Notes: generated by a model from the letters alone, not told the origin. Shown: positions 13,895 to 25,384, numbered from the stretch's first letter. The stretch: DNA of 64,000 bases from Eledone cirrhosa (GCA_964016885.1 OZ024743.1:241552001-241616000); one strand, 5' to 3'. Numbers and translations: made by a program.

Positions 13895-14230
13895 AATATA
13901 AATACATATACACATATATGTGTACATAGACACATACATACACACTAATATACACTCGTACAAAAATATACATACATGCAAAGAGAAAAGCGTGCTAATT
14001 GTAATATGGCAAAAAGAAGGTAAAGTAACATTGTAGTAGTGAAATGAGAAAAACTAGGATCTAGGATCAAATGATTGCAGCAGCTGAGAAGGAGTAAGAT
14101 TGTTGGTAGATGAGGTATTTACAGACTATTGTGTGGTATAGACTTGTGAAGGAAATAGTATACTTAATGAATATATATTTTTTGTGGGTAGTAGGTATCC
14201 TAATTTAAAGCTATGTTATGTTGGTTCGAT

Positions 14231-16144
14231 TCACGGAGGTTTGAATCTTATGAATTTAGTGGCTATTCTATGCCTGCAGAAGATAGATCTTTCTAACTTA
14301 TTATTAAGTAGTCTTTTAACATTTCTAAGGATATACAATAGCTCAAGATCACACAGCCCGCAATAGGACATAACTGTACTATAGGTTTTAGCAGCCGACA
14401 ACTTCGACCAGTTGATAGTGTAGCTAGCGTTGCTGTCCTTCAATTCCCATATTTTTCTGGCGAGGGTGGTGGAACCCATAAGAGCTCGGTTATTCATCGA
14501 GTGCCTGTGCACATACCATCTTTTCTTAAAAGAACCCGCGGTGGATCCTATGTAATTCCAAGTGGAGTTACCCGAGATGACAGTGCACATGTACACCAGG
14601 CTCGAATCGAGACATCTATTCGCCAATGGGCACCTATCTGGGAGGTGACAGTTGCAGTTTGAGGCGCTATTATGTGCAGCTTTTACATTCCTATTTAGTA
14701 CCCTGTTATAAGTGGGTTGTGATATATGCCCAATGGGGTTTTGCTGCTGCGCGTTTGTATGCGCTTGTGGTTGTGATGTTGTGATGAGTTTGTGCTTATG
14801 TATAGGTGCAATTGATTTACTTGAGATATTTCTGCGGTTGATCTTGCGTATGTGTGATTCTATGTTAGCTGCTGTTGAAAAAGAGAGTTTTATAGTAGAT
14901 CTATTGAGTAGTTTGTGATATCTATGCGAGATAGGGAAGTGTTTATCTATTAGTTTAAAGAATATAGAGGGCAGTCTAGTTTTTATAGAGGAGTTGAATA
15001 TTGGGTTGAACCATAGGTATTTCCTTTGTCTGTTTCTTCTATTGTTTCTAGGGTTTACGTTATTAGTGTTTTGGCCGTTTACTCTAGGTGTTACATGTCT
15101 AACCCTATGTCTAGTCAAGCTATTCCTATTATTATGTGAGCGGTTGGAGTAGAAATTACTAGGATTGTTTATGTTGTCCTTATTCACTATATACTGTAGT
15201 TTATCTTTATGACCGGCCCTACTTAATGCTGCATTATAATAGTCAGCATGCTCGTTAAAGATTTCTAGGTTTGAGGATAGGCGGGATATTCGGAGGGATA
15301 TACTACGTGCTATGGATTTAATTATGGATTTGGGGTGATTTGAGTTGTAACTAATGTAGGCAAGATTTTCATTATTTTTGTGGAAAGGTTCTATTAATCC
15401 AGTATTTAGATTTAGAGTTACATCTAGAAAATTTACCTTCTTATGGTTTAGTTCGTAGGTAATACTTAGGCCTAGTTTTTTGAAGAATATTCTAATATTT
15501 TTCCTTAGTCTTTCCATGCTCTGGTTGTTTAGGTTCCTAGCTATAAGTAACGTGTCGTCCCTATAAATTCCTCCTTGGAGGTTACTGAATTCCTTATGTA
15601 GGTTGTGTGCTATGAATAGCCCCACGATATCTGTAATTTGCGCAGAATCATTTGAACCCATTGTAATATCGAAGCTATTTATTCTATCCTTTCTTACCCA
15701 GTAGTTATTTTCAAATTTTACGATAGTCCTTCTAGCCGCTATTATTATTTCAATTTCATCATGGGTAAGATCAGAGTTATTTTGGGCAAATATAAGCGCC
15801 TTATCTAGGGTAGCTGGGGATATGGATGCATAATAGTCGTCTATATCAAATTGTATGAAGTTACACGTATCCCTATTTTGTATTTTATTGAACCATTTAA
15901 TTGCCTCGTTAGTGTTGCCCCATAGATTGATTTCTAGTTTACCCTTTATTTGTGCGATTACCCTATCTAGAATGTTTTTGCTAATTTTACCTATGTCTGA
16001 CTTGGATGGGCATATTAATCTAATGGTAGGATTAGTTTCAAAGTTATTTTTGTGATCTTTCAGGTTAAATGTAGGGTTGCACGGGGTAAGCGGTTCGGTC
16101 CTATCTGAAATTCCGAGTTTATTAACTATCTTGAGGCCCTCCAT
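14231..16144 (-). CDS. PLE reverse transcriptase + GIY-YIG endonuclease, N-terminally truncated (637 aa)
   Basis: Identical to the 16202-18205 product apart from two substitutions (MNNRAL vs MKNRAL; STVMSY vs STGMSY). Confidence 0.9.
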   Translation of the reverse strand: MEGLKIVNKLGISDRTEPLTPCNPTFNLKDHKNNFETNPTIRLICPSKSDIGKISKNILDRVIAQIKGKLEINLWGNTNEAIKWFNKIQNRDTCNFIQFDIDDYYASISPATLDKALIFAQNNSDLTHDEIEIIIAARRTIVKFENNYWVRKDRINSFDITMGSNDSAQITDIVGLFIAHNLHKEFSNLQGGIYRDDTLLIARNLNNQSMERLRKNIRIFFKKLGLSITYELNHKKVNFLDVTLNLNTGLIEPFHKNNENLAYISYNSNHPKSIIKSIARSISLRISRLSSNLEIFNEHADYYNAALSRAGHKDKLQYIVNKDNINNPSNFYSNRSHNNRNSLTRHRVRHVTPRVNGQNTNNVNPRNNRRNRQRKYLWFNPIFNSSIKTRLPSIFFKLIDKHFPISHRYHKLLNRSTIKLSFSTAANIESHIRKINRRNISSKSIAPIHKHKLITTSQPQAHTNAQQQNPIGHISQPTYNRVLNRNVKAAHNSASNCNCHLPDRCPLANRCLDSSLVYMCTVISGNSTWNYIGSTAGSFKKRWYVHRHSMNNRALMGSTTLARKIWELKDSNASYTINWSKLSAAKTYSTVMSYCGLCDLELLYILRNVKRLLNNKLERSIFCRHRIATKFIRFKPP

Positions 16145-16201
16145 GTTTATGCCACTAACGGTATCATAGTAAAAGCAGACAAAACATCAAACGTATACTC
16201 T

Positions 16202-18205
16202 ATGGACATTAACACATACAATAACTTTATTCAGCGTGAACTACATAAAAAATATAAAAAAAAAAATGAATCTACACTCACCAGCATAAACATGGAGGGC
16301 CTCAAGATAGTTAATAAACTCGGAATTTCAGATAGGACCGAACCGCTTACCCCGTGCAACCCTACATTTAACCTGAAAGATCACAAAAATAACTTTGAAA
16401 CTAATCCTACCATTAGATTAATATGCCCATCCAAGTCAGACATAGGTAAAATTAGCAAAAACATTCTAGATAGGGTAATCGCACAAATAAAGGGTAAACT
16501 AGAAATCAATCTATGGGGCAACACTAACGAGGCAATTAAATGGTTCAATAAAATACAAAATAGGGATACGTGTAACTTCATACAATTTGATATAGACGAC
16601 TATTATGCATCCATATCCCCAGCTACCCTAGATAAGGCGCTTATATTTGCCCAAAATAACTCTGATCTTACCCATGATGAAATTGAAATAATAATAGCGG
16701 CTAGAAGGACTATCGTAAAATTTGAAAATAACTACTGGGTAAGAAAGGATAGAATAAATAGCTTCGATATTACAATGGGTTCAAATGATTCTGCGCAAAT
16801 TACAGATATCGTGGGGCTATTCATAGCACACAACCTACATAAGGAATTCAGTAACCTCCAAGGAGGAATTTATAGGGACGACACGTTACTTATAGCTAGG
16901 AACCTAAACAACCAGAGCATGGAAAGACTAAGGAAAAATATTAGAATATTCTTCAAAAAACTAGGCCTAAGTATTACCTACGAACTAAACCATAAGAAGG
17001 TAAATTTTCTAGATGTAACTCTAAATCTAAATACTGGATTAATAGAACCTTTCCACAAAAATAATGAAAATCTTGCCTACATTAGTTACAACTCAAATCA
17101 CCCCAAATCCATAATTAAATCCATAGCACGTAGTATATCCCTCCGAATATCCCGCCTATCCTCAAACCTAGAAATCTTTAACGAGCATGCTGACTATTAT
17201 AATGCAGCATTAAGTAGGGCCGGTCATAAAGATAAACTACAGTATATAGTGAATAAGGACAACATAAACAATCCTAGTAATTTCTACTCCAACCGCTCAC
17301 ATAATAATAGGAATAGCTTGACTAGACATAGGGTTAGACATGTAACACCTAGAGTAAACGGCCAAAACACTAATAACGTAAACCCTAGAAACAATAGAAG
17401 AAACAGACAAAGGAAATACCTATGGTTCAACCCAATATTCAACTCCTCTATAAAAACTAGACTGCCCTCTATATTCTTTAAACTAATAGATAAACACTTC
17501 CCTATCTCGCATAGATATCACAAACTACTCAATAGATCTACTATAAAACTCTCTTTTTCAACAGCAGCTAACATAGAATCACACATACGCAAGATCAACC
17601 GCAGAAATATCTCAAGTAAATCAATTGCACCTATACATAAGCACAAACTCATCACAACATCACAACCACAAGCGCATACAAACGCGCAGCAGCAAAACCC
17701 CATTGGGCATATATCACAACCCACTTATAACAGGGTACTAAATAGGAATGTAAAAGCTGCACATAATAGCGCCTCAAACTGCAACTGTCACCTCCCAGAT
17801 AGGTGCCCATTGGCGAATAGATGTCTCGATTCGAGCCTGGTGTACATGTGCACTGTCATCTCGGGTAACTCCACTTGGAATTACATAGGATCCACCGCGG
17901 GTTCTTTTAAGAAAAGATGGTATGTGCACAGGCACTCGATGAAAAACCGAGCTCTTATGGGTTCCACCACCCTCGCCAGAAAAATATGGGAATTGAAGGA
18001 CAGCAACGCTAGCTACACTATCAACTGGTCGAAGTTGTCGGCTGCTAAAACCTATAGTACAGGTATGTCCTATTGCGGGCTGTGTGATCTTGAGCTATTG
18101 TATATCCTTAGAAATGTTAAAAGACTACTTAATAATAAGTTAGAAAGATCTATCTTCTGCAGGCATAGAATAGCCACTAAATTCATAAGATTCAAACCTC
18201 CGTGA
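16202..18205 (+). CDS. PLE reverse transcriptase + C-terminal GIY-YIG endonuclease (Naiad-type; frame open upstream to ~16154)
   Basis: RT motifs FIQFDIDDYY, MGSNDSAQITDIVG, IYRDD, VNFLDVTLNL; linker CNCHLPDRCPLANRC (CxCx5Cx5C, described for Naiad PLEs); LVY..NYIGST..FKKRWYVH; C-terminal CGLC..E..LLN. Upstream in-frame IVKADKTSNVY shows 5' truncation. Confidence 0.93.
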   Translation: MDINTYNNFIQRELHKKYKKKNESTLTSINMEGLKIVNKLGISDRTEPLTPCNPTFNLKDHKNNFETNPTIRLICPSKSDIGKISKNILDRVIAQIKGKLEINLWGNTNEAIKWFNKIQNRDTCNFIQFDIDDYYASISPATLDKALIFAQNNSDLTHDEIEIIIAARRTIVKFENNYWVRKDRINSFDITMGSNDSAQITDIVGLFIAHNLHKEFSNLQGGIYRDDTLLIARNLNNQSMERLRKNIRIFFKKLGLSITYELNHKKVNFLDVTLNLNTGLIEPFHKNNENLAYISYNSNHPKSIIKSIARSISLRISRLSSNLEIFNEHADYYNAALSRAGHKDKLQYIVNKDNINNPSNFYSNRSHNNRNSLTRHRVRHVTPRVNGQNTNNVNPRNNRRNRQRKYLWFNPIFNSSIKTRLPSIFFKLIDKHFPISHRYHKLLNRSTIKLSFSTAANIESHIRKINRRNISSKSIAPIHKHKLITTSQPQAHTNAQQQNPIGHISQPTYNRVLNRNVKAAHNSASNCNCHLPDRCPLANRCLDSSLVYMCTVISGNSTWNYIGSTAGSFKKRWYVHRHSMKNRALMGSTTLARKIWELKDSNASYTINWSKLSAAKTYSTGMSYCGLCDLELLYILRNVKRLLNNKLERSIFCRHRIATKFIRFKPP

Positions 18206-18541
18206 ATCGAACCAACATAACATAGCTTTAAATTAGGATACCTACTACCCACAAAAAATATATATTCATTAAGTATACTATTTCCTTCACAAGTCTATAC
18301 CACACAATAGTCTGTAAATACCTCATCTACCAACAATCTTACTCCTTCTCAGCTGCTGCAATCATTTGATCCTAGATCCTAGTTTTTCTCATTTCACTAC
18401 TACAATGTTACTTTACCTTCTTTTTGCCATATTACAATTAGCACGCTTTTCTCTTTGCATGTATGTATATTTTTGTACGAGTGTATATTAGTGTGTATGT
18501 ATGTGTCTATGTACACATATATGTGTATATGTATTTATATT

Positions 18542-18599
<58 letters not shown>

Positions 18600-18962
18600 C
18601 GTAGATATATGCGTATATTAATTCGTTAACCTCTGTATTAACTCTACAACTATTGAGCTTTGACAGTGGTCCCACTCATGTATACGGTTGAAGATGAAGA
18701 GAAAGACTGTAAAAACTAGCTTATCTTTATAATTTAAAATTGATACACACTACGATACTTTTTGCCTTATGACAGCTGGTTTTCACGCCGTAACATTAGA
18801 TACATTATATACCCCCCACCTAAGTAATGTCAGGGTCTCCTTAAATAGTTTATTGATAGCATTGTTGTAATAATTGTTGTTGTTTATTGTTCTAATTGAA
18901 TGCCATAACTACTCCATATTTTCTTTTATTTTCTTGCCTGTGTATTTTCTTCATTCTCGCAT

Positions 18963-19068
18963 GCTCCGAAGATCTGACTGGTTATAATTCTGTATTGGCG
19001 ATCGAGTGACGCAAAATTAGGCGGATAGCGATCTCTAGACATACCAGTTCAGTGAAACAAATGTAAGC
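18963..19068 (+). ncRNA. Type-I hammerhead ribozyme variant (CCGAAGA core, long stem II)
   Basis: GCT-CCGAAGA-T-CTGACTGG...CCAGTTCAG-T-GAAACA AA TGTA-AGC; predicted cleavage after 19065. Confidence 0.7.
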
Positions 19069-19293
19069 TATGTGATTAAAAACTTTTTTGTATAGCAAAC
19101 CATGTAAACCTTCTTTCCTGATTTATTATTACTCCAAGTGTTTACAACATAGGAATTACAGCATACCCGCAGCATCACTATGAAAACGCCTTGTTGAGTC
19201 AAACCAAGCCAAGCGTTAATATCATCCACTACCTGGAATACCATAACTGGACTTCACCTAAGTGGACTGCATTTAACTATTATTTGTTAATCC

Positions 19294-19336
<43 letters not shown>

Positions 19337-19426
19337 TGTGTGTGTGTATGTTTATGTTTATGTATATATATGTATGTGTATATTTATATATATATATGTG
19401 TTCGTGTATATATACGTATATATATG

Positions 19427-19457
<31 letters not shown>

Positions 19458-19659
19458 ATGTTTATGTTTATGTATATATATGTATGTGTATATTTATATA
19501 TATATATGTGTGTGCATGTATATGTACGTATATATATGTATATATGTATATATGTATATATATATATATATATATATACATATATATACGTATATATACA
19601 CGCATACATATATATATATATATAAATATACACATACATATATATACATAAACAAACAT

Positions 19660-19702
<43 letters not shown>

Positions 19703-19704
<2 letters not shown>

Positions 19705-21431
19705 GGAACAATTTGAACAGGGACAAAACAGAGAGGCAGTACAACGAATGTTTATTAATTTCACGCTCTGGAGAGTGGGGTGTTGGTGGGGGACGACGTT
19801 TCGGGCATAAGCCCTTCCCCAGGTGAGAAGTGTGTGGGAACAGAGTTCCAAGGGTGTGTAGGGGAGTGGTGGAGAGACATATAGCGAAAGGAAACGGTGC
19901 GAATGAAAAAAATAAAAATAAAAATAAAGCATGATCAAAATACAAGGAATGAAATAAATTTAAATAAAAAAGCCTGATCAAAATAAACTGAAATTAAATG
20001 GGGGGTAAAACAGGTGGTGGAAGGGTGTGGGGTGTGTAGAGGTGGTGGCGGGTGGCGTGGGGAGAGGGAGACGGGGTGTCCGAGCGGGGAGGGCTGAAGG
20101 TGGTGTGTGTGTGTAGGTGTACGTGTGTGTGTGTGTGTGTATGTGAAAGTAAGGGTTGGGGGAAGAACGGGGTTGCATGTTCAGGAAGAGGTGTGTGTGG
20201 GGGGGGGTCGGAGTGTCTGTGCGTGTGTGGATAGAGAGGTGGGGGAGAGGAATCAGGAGGCTGAGAGTGTAAATATGTGGTGGAAAGCACGTGTGTGTGG
20301 GGTTTAAGCGTGTTGTGGGTGTAGGTGGCGTGTGGAGAAAAAAATGTGTTGGGGTGTGTGTGTGGGTGAGTTATATAGGTGATTACGTAAGAGGATGGTT
20401 GAAAAGTTGGTAAAATCCAAAGGTGTTTAGTGGATTCTGTGGTGGTCAATTTCTGCGTGCGAGTATTCCATGAAGCGATGGTCGGAAGAGGAGAGATGTG
20501 GGGTGCGCGCGCAACAGGAAGTGGTCAAGCAGTGGGAGTGCTGTGTGTCTGTTTGGGCTGGGAAGTGGTCAGAGGGCATAGCAGCAGTCGGTGGGATGGT
20601 AAGGGGGCGAGGATGGGTAGGTGTGAAAGTTGGAGTGTGGAGGGTGTGTGTGTGTGTATTAGTAGAGGTGTTAGTGGGATGAGTGAGTGTGGAGCGAGGG
20701 CGTGGGTGGAGCGGGGAGAGAAGGGTGTGTGTGGTTCTATGGAGGGAGTGTGGTGTACTGATGTGTGTGTAGTTTGATGAAAGGGTGTTAGTGGGTGTTA
20801 GTATACGGGAGGTGGGGAGGGGTTGAATGTAGGTGTGAGTGGGGGTTAGTGGTGGTAGGGTGTGTAGAGTTGGTGGTGTACGAGGGTGTGTGGGTACGTG
20901 TGCGTGGGGTTGGGGGTGTTATTGATGTTAGTTGCGTGTGGGGTGGGTGGTGTAAGTGGGTGCGTGTGTTCGTGTGCTTGGGGTTAGGGGGTGTTAGTGA
21001 GGTTAGTTGCGGGGTGGTGGGATGGAGGTGTGGGGGTGAGAGGTGTGGGGGTGAGAGGTGTGGGGGTGAGAGGTGTGGGGGTGAGAGGTGTGGGGGTGAG
21101 AGGTGTGGGGGTGAGGGTTAGTGGTGGTAGTAGGGTGTGTGTTTAGTGTGAGTGCGTGTATATGTGTGCCGGTGGGTGTGTGCGTGTGATAAGGAGGGGG
21201 GGAGGAGAAGAAGGGAGGGATGTTAGTATGTTAGTTGGGGAAGGGAGGTCAGATGAGGGGTGTAGTGGAGGTGTTAGTATTGTTAGTTGTGTTGTGGGCG
21301 GTGAAAAGGAGGGGTGTGTTAGTGGTGTTAGTGGGGGATAAGTGGGGGGGGGAGGTCGAAGGCTAAAGGAATAAGGGTGGGGAGTTCAGGCCGGGGGGAG
21401 TGTGGGTCTGTAAGATGAAGATAGTTCGTTG
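19703..21431 (-). mobile_element. 5'-truncated Neptune-type PLE: last ORF codons, long CA/C-rich 3' UTR, terminal HHR
   Basis: 21431-21363 minus translates QRTIFILQTHTPPGLNSPPLFL* (GIY-YIG C-terminus, compare 42770-43023); HHR AC-CTGGGGA-A-GGGC TTAT GCCC-GAAAACGTC-GT at 19824-19793; flanked by (TA)n. Confidence 0.75.
21025..21116. repeat. 15-bp tandem repeat (GAGGTGTGGGGGTGA) x6
   Basis: Directly visible. Confidence 0.9.
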
Positions 21432-23318
21432 TATATATATATACAGGTGCATAGACATACATACAAACATACACACACATATGTATATATATATATATAG
21501 GTTTAGGAATAACCAAAGAGTGCTTAGAAATACATAGTTTTATTTGCTAACAGTGTTTCATCCATACCCTAGGGCAGGTATAATCAGAGCCTATAAACAA
21601 AAGTATATCAAAGGTTGCAGGCTCCATCGAGCCTAGTCACCAGAACAAGGAAGAAGGACAAGCAGGGGGGAACACAATACATGATACATATAATATTAAA
21701 AAATTACATCATAAAAATTACATCAAAAGTTTATCACATAAATGGTGCAATAGATCATAAGGATGTTGAGAGAGGAGAGCAAGAAATGGATGAGGGTGTT
21801 ACTCAGCATGATCAAAAAACAAATCAAGCATAGATACATCAATTCACAAGCAGTGCAAGTACATAATTTACAAGCAGAGTATGAAAGCTTGTAAGCAGGA
21901 GTCAGTAAACAGAAAAGTTGGTTAGCTGTGGTGCAGCTTTAGAGGCAGGATTGTTTATAGGAAAGATGGTGCACTCTAGCAGTATCGCCTTGTAACAGGT
22001 TGATTTCTCCATATCTGGCCAACACCCTTTATCCATTGGTTCCAGTTCCAAGTATTAGGCGACATAATACTAGGTTTCCAAATACACGCATAGAGGATTT
22101 GTCCACAGAGGCAGTCTGCAACAAACACCTTAAATCCCAAACAGAATACAATGAAGTGAGGTAAAGCGGAGTACATGCACTGCTGGCACTCCAATGAAGG
22201 AAGTGGAAATAAAAGGGGTCCGCAATATCTGCTATCTATCACAGTCTTCACGTTCGGTTACGCAACCCAACGTCCCACGTGAAATACACAGTATGGCCTA
22301 GTCGGCATCGGGCTAAAGTGCCATACCATATGAGGATAAACTACAGTAAATGCTATTCGTAATGGCTAGTTAGTCTCGTAGACAGAAAGCGTATATAGAA
22401 AATCCGCTATTGAATTACCTAGGGCAGAGTGAAGGAAAAGCAGTTATGGTTAGGTTAATAGGCGAGCTTATTAGAAAAAGTGTAAATTTCTGGTGTGTGC
22501 AAGTACTGCAGAAGATATAGTAAACTCACGGCTAGAACTATCGATGACAACAATGTTGTTTACATGTCCACCGCGTAGTTTTCGTGTAGATCACTGAATC
22601 TGGAGGTTGTAATCCTTTCACAGTCGGGTATAACCCCTCCTGGGTCGGCTGGAAGTCAATATCAACTGTCGTACTTTGCCTTTAATGTGGTTTTATAATT
22701 TATCATAATTGCAGCACAATTCATATTCCACAATTTCAATATTTACCTTTTCATTAGTAACTCCCAACGGTTGTCAAAATACGAACGCAGGAAGTCGTTC
22801 TGCGCTTATGAAAAGTATGGGAGGCAGCTCGCGTCATAAAGGGCGGATTCATTAGATATCCCCGGAACGCTTGGGACAAACCCGTTGTTCGATTCAAATC
22901 CTACGGGGGTTTGATCGATCATGTGGGACGTAGTCCACTCGATCCGCTTCAATTGTTCACTATATTATGTTTGATCTATCTACCACGTTATGGTTAAGGC
23001 TATCTGGACCCAAGATGCCCAGGCCATCCGCCTTATAGCTGTGGCGGAGTATGTTGGGCTTTCGATAAACTATTATGTTGTGCTTTCAGTTAGTGCACAA
23101 TGGGCATTTATATAAACCTCATCCCACTGGTTAGTATGGGTAGGTGCCCGTATAGGGTCAAACTGTGGTGGGTGGAGTGAAAAGGCCTTAAGTGGATTGT
23201 ACCATAAGGGTTATTGGGTTAAGGTAAAAAGATGATTAAGGTAAAGAAAAAAGTAAGAGAGAATGAAAGAGAGAAAAGAGGATAAGAGGCAATATACGTT
23301 TGAAGGGCTCTAATTGGT

Positions 23319-23358
<40 letters not shown>

Positions 23359-23369
23359 TGATAACCTGA

Positions 23370-23409
<40 letters not shown>

Positions 23410-23415
<6 letters not shown>

Positions 23416-24579
23416 TCAGGTTATCAATAATGTAGTGATAATATATCGTTACGTTAGAGATGAACAGCGTACGTGCAGGTTTGCTCAACGAGTATAAATT
23501 ATATTCCGGAGAAATGTAGAAAGGATGAATATAAAATGAAAGTGCTTTTGTTAAAAAAGGAATTTATTAGGTGTTGACATATGTTTCTGTAACAGACCGA
23601 ATACCTATGTATCGCTGCTTGCGTAATCATATATAGACATCGCCTTTATAGACATCGTTATTCGATAAAACATGAAAACCAGCGTTATGTAACAACACTC
23701 GCAGACAAGGCTTGGCAGCTGCGTGAAAATAACCAACAATTTCACCTAAAATGGGATATAATAGCGGCTGTCCCCCCATAATCCAATGGACAGGAATTTT
23801 GTAAATTATGTAATGTAGAATTATTTTGTATTATGAAATCCAAAAACATTTTATTAAATAACAGAATAGAGCGATCGTTATACTGTAACCATCGCTTAAG
23901 ATCTACATTTTCATATTATAAATACTACCAGGATTGAACGCCTGTCTCTATCCCCGTTTGATTGTCAAAATAGATATGAACATTCTTTATTAGTCTTAAT
24001 TCTATCAACTCTTCTATTATTTACCTTTTAATACAAACTACTATAGATAAAATGAGATTTCTGATTTCTTGATTCAATTCCCTAATGCATATACCAGCTG
24101 GCTACTAGCATTGATGTTATTTAGTAGCAATCGAAATCTCCCCCTTCCCCAATTGACACTTTATAATTAATACTACTGCACCAAATGACCAGCCCTGTCC
24201 ACTGTCCAGTTGGTCAAGTAGAGATTAAAATTGGCACTCCCAAAATTCTTATTTAGATTTACTCATGGTATTCTCATTAAAAACCCATTATATACTTGTC
24301 TAGCAGTAAATTATTTTACCATCTGTCATATACTATCCCCTCTGTTCCTTCCTCTTTTACTAATATAAATACTTCAATTTTTCTGATTTTATCCAGTTTA
24401 TCCAAAATCTCTGAAGAAGTGACAACTGATTATACATTTGCTATCGAATACTTGCTAACATTATATGATTACGCAAGCAGCGATACATAGGTATTCGGTC
24501 TGTTACAGAAACATATGTCAACACATAATAAATTCCTTTTTTAACAAAAGCACTTTCATTTTATATTCATCCTTTCTAT
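23410..24579 (+). mobile_element. Short Naiad-type PLE remnant with inverted 3' end on the 5' side
   Basis: ~23652-23936 translates HRYSIKHENQRYVTTLADKAWQLRE...KWDII...FCKLCNVELFCIM...LLNNRIERSLYCNHR (one stop); ~23517-23633 is the reverse complement of ~24462-24579; HHR CTGAAGA-A-GTGACA...TGTTAC-A-GAAACATATGTC at 24411-24519. Confidence 0.88.
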
Positions 24580-24618
24580 ATATATATATATATATATATA
24601 TTTATTGTATAGAAGGAG

Positions 24619-24665
24619 CTTCTACAGGACTAGTACTGTTTCATTCAGATTAAATCTTCAGGAAG
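24619..24665 (-). ncRNA. Compact type-I hammerhead ribozyme between two (TA)n tracts
   Basis: CTTC-CTGAAGA-TTTAATCTGAAT-GAAACAG TACTAGTC CTGTA-GAAG; intact core with stems I and III. Confidence 0.75.
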
Positions 24666-24678
24666 ATATATATATATC

Positions 24679-25287
24679 TTGGTTGTCCCTCGAAAACGAT
24701 GATGACATCTTTATTGTTGTTCCCGTTTGCCGTGGGCACGAAGGTGGCTGTGGAGGCCGATCCTTGATTTGCAGATCCGAGGAGAGTGGGGGCAGGGGAA
24801 GAGACCAGAGTCAGACTGGCAACTCCCAGAGGTTACCTCCACCTGTTACCTCCGCCTCTTGCCTATCACCGCAGGGCTTTGGGAGTGCACGCTAAAGAAG
24901 AAACCTGTGCGGGAAAGGTTTATAGTGGGAGGGCCAGTGTACAGTGACGGTCTCACTCACTCGGCCGCAGAAGTCAGAATCCGGTGGTACGGAGGACCGT
25001 CACGACCAGGGACTTCCTTGGCTGCAGTGGATGGCCACAATGTCTGTAGTGCCTTGCCGTGTCCTAGCGCTCCACACCGCTTGCTGTCGCCGCCTTCGTG
25101 AGCGTTGGGACGATGTTGTCCTCCTCCACCCACTCTACCGAGTCCAGTCTTCGCATATAGGGGCAGGCATCCCTTATCTAACTCACACGGGGGATTTCAG
25201 ACCCGTCCGGCTTCCCTCAACCAGGTTTGGCCCGCCAGCCAAGGCGGTTTACCGGAGTGTGGCCGCTGTCGCATGCTACAGCTTCGT
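24679..25287 (-). mobile_element. Internally deleted RTE-clade LINE derivative (5' UTR joined to 3' end)
   Basis: Minus strand ends in PCPHSPRICKSRIGLHSHLRAHGKREQQ*, the C-terminal zinc-finger motif of RTE ORFs; the 5' part GAAGCTGTAGCATGCGACAGCGGCCACACTCCGG resembles RTE 5' UTRs. Confidence 0.7.
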
Positions 25288-25384
25288 ATATATATGTAAT
25301 ATATGTATATATACACGCGCACACATATATAGATATAAATATACACATACATATATATACATAACCATAAACATACACACTCAC

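Larger units (their letters stand above)
13299..16152 (-). mobile_element. Penelope-like retroelement (Naiad-type), inverted 5'-truncated copy; left arm of the palindrome
   Basis: Near-exact reverse complement of 16284-19125; abuts (TA)n at its 3' end. Confidence 0.95.
16153..19293 (+). mobile_element. Penelope-like retroelement (Naiad-type), 5'-truncated, with 3' UTR, HHR and a ~170-bp extra tail before (TA)n
   Basis: RT-EN ORF, ~900-bp 3' UTR with HHR, and tail 19126-19293 absent from the left arm. Confidence 0.95.

Noticed and set aside
16202-19068. Selenoprotein Naiad (UGA recoding with SECIS), reported for some Naiads
   Set aside because: No in-frame TGA inside the ORF; the conserved cysteines use ordinary codons; the terminal TGA is followed by TAA four codons later.
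13299-19125. Palindrome as a purely technical fold-back artefact
   Set aside because: Arms differ at several sites, the tail is asymmetric, and older diverged elements nearby share the architecture; not fully excluded without reads.
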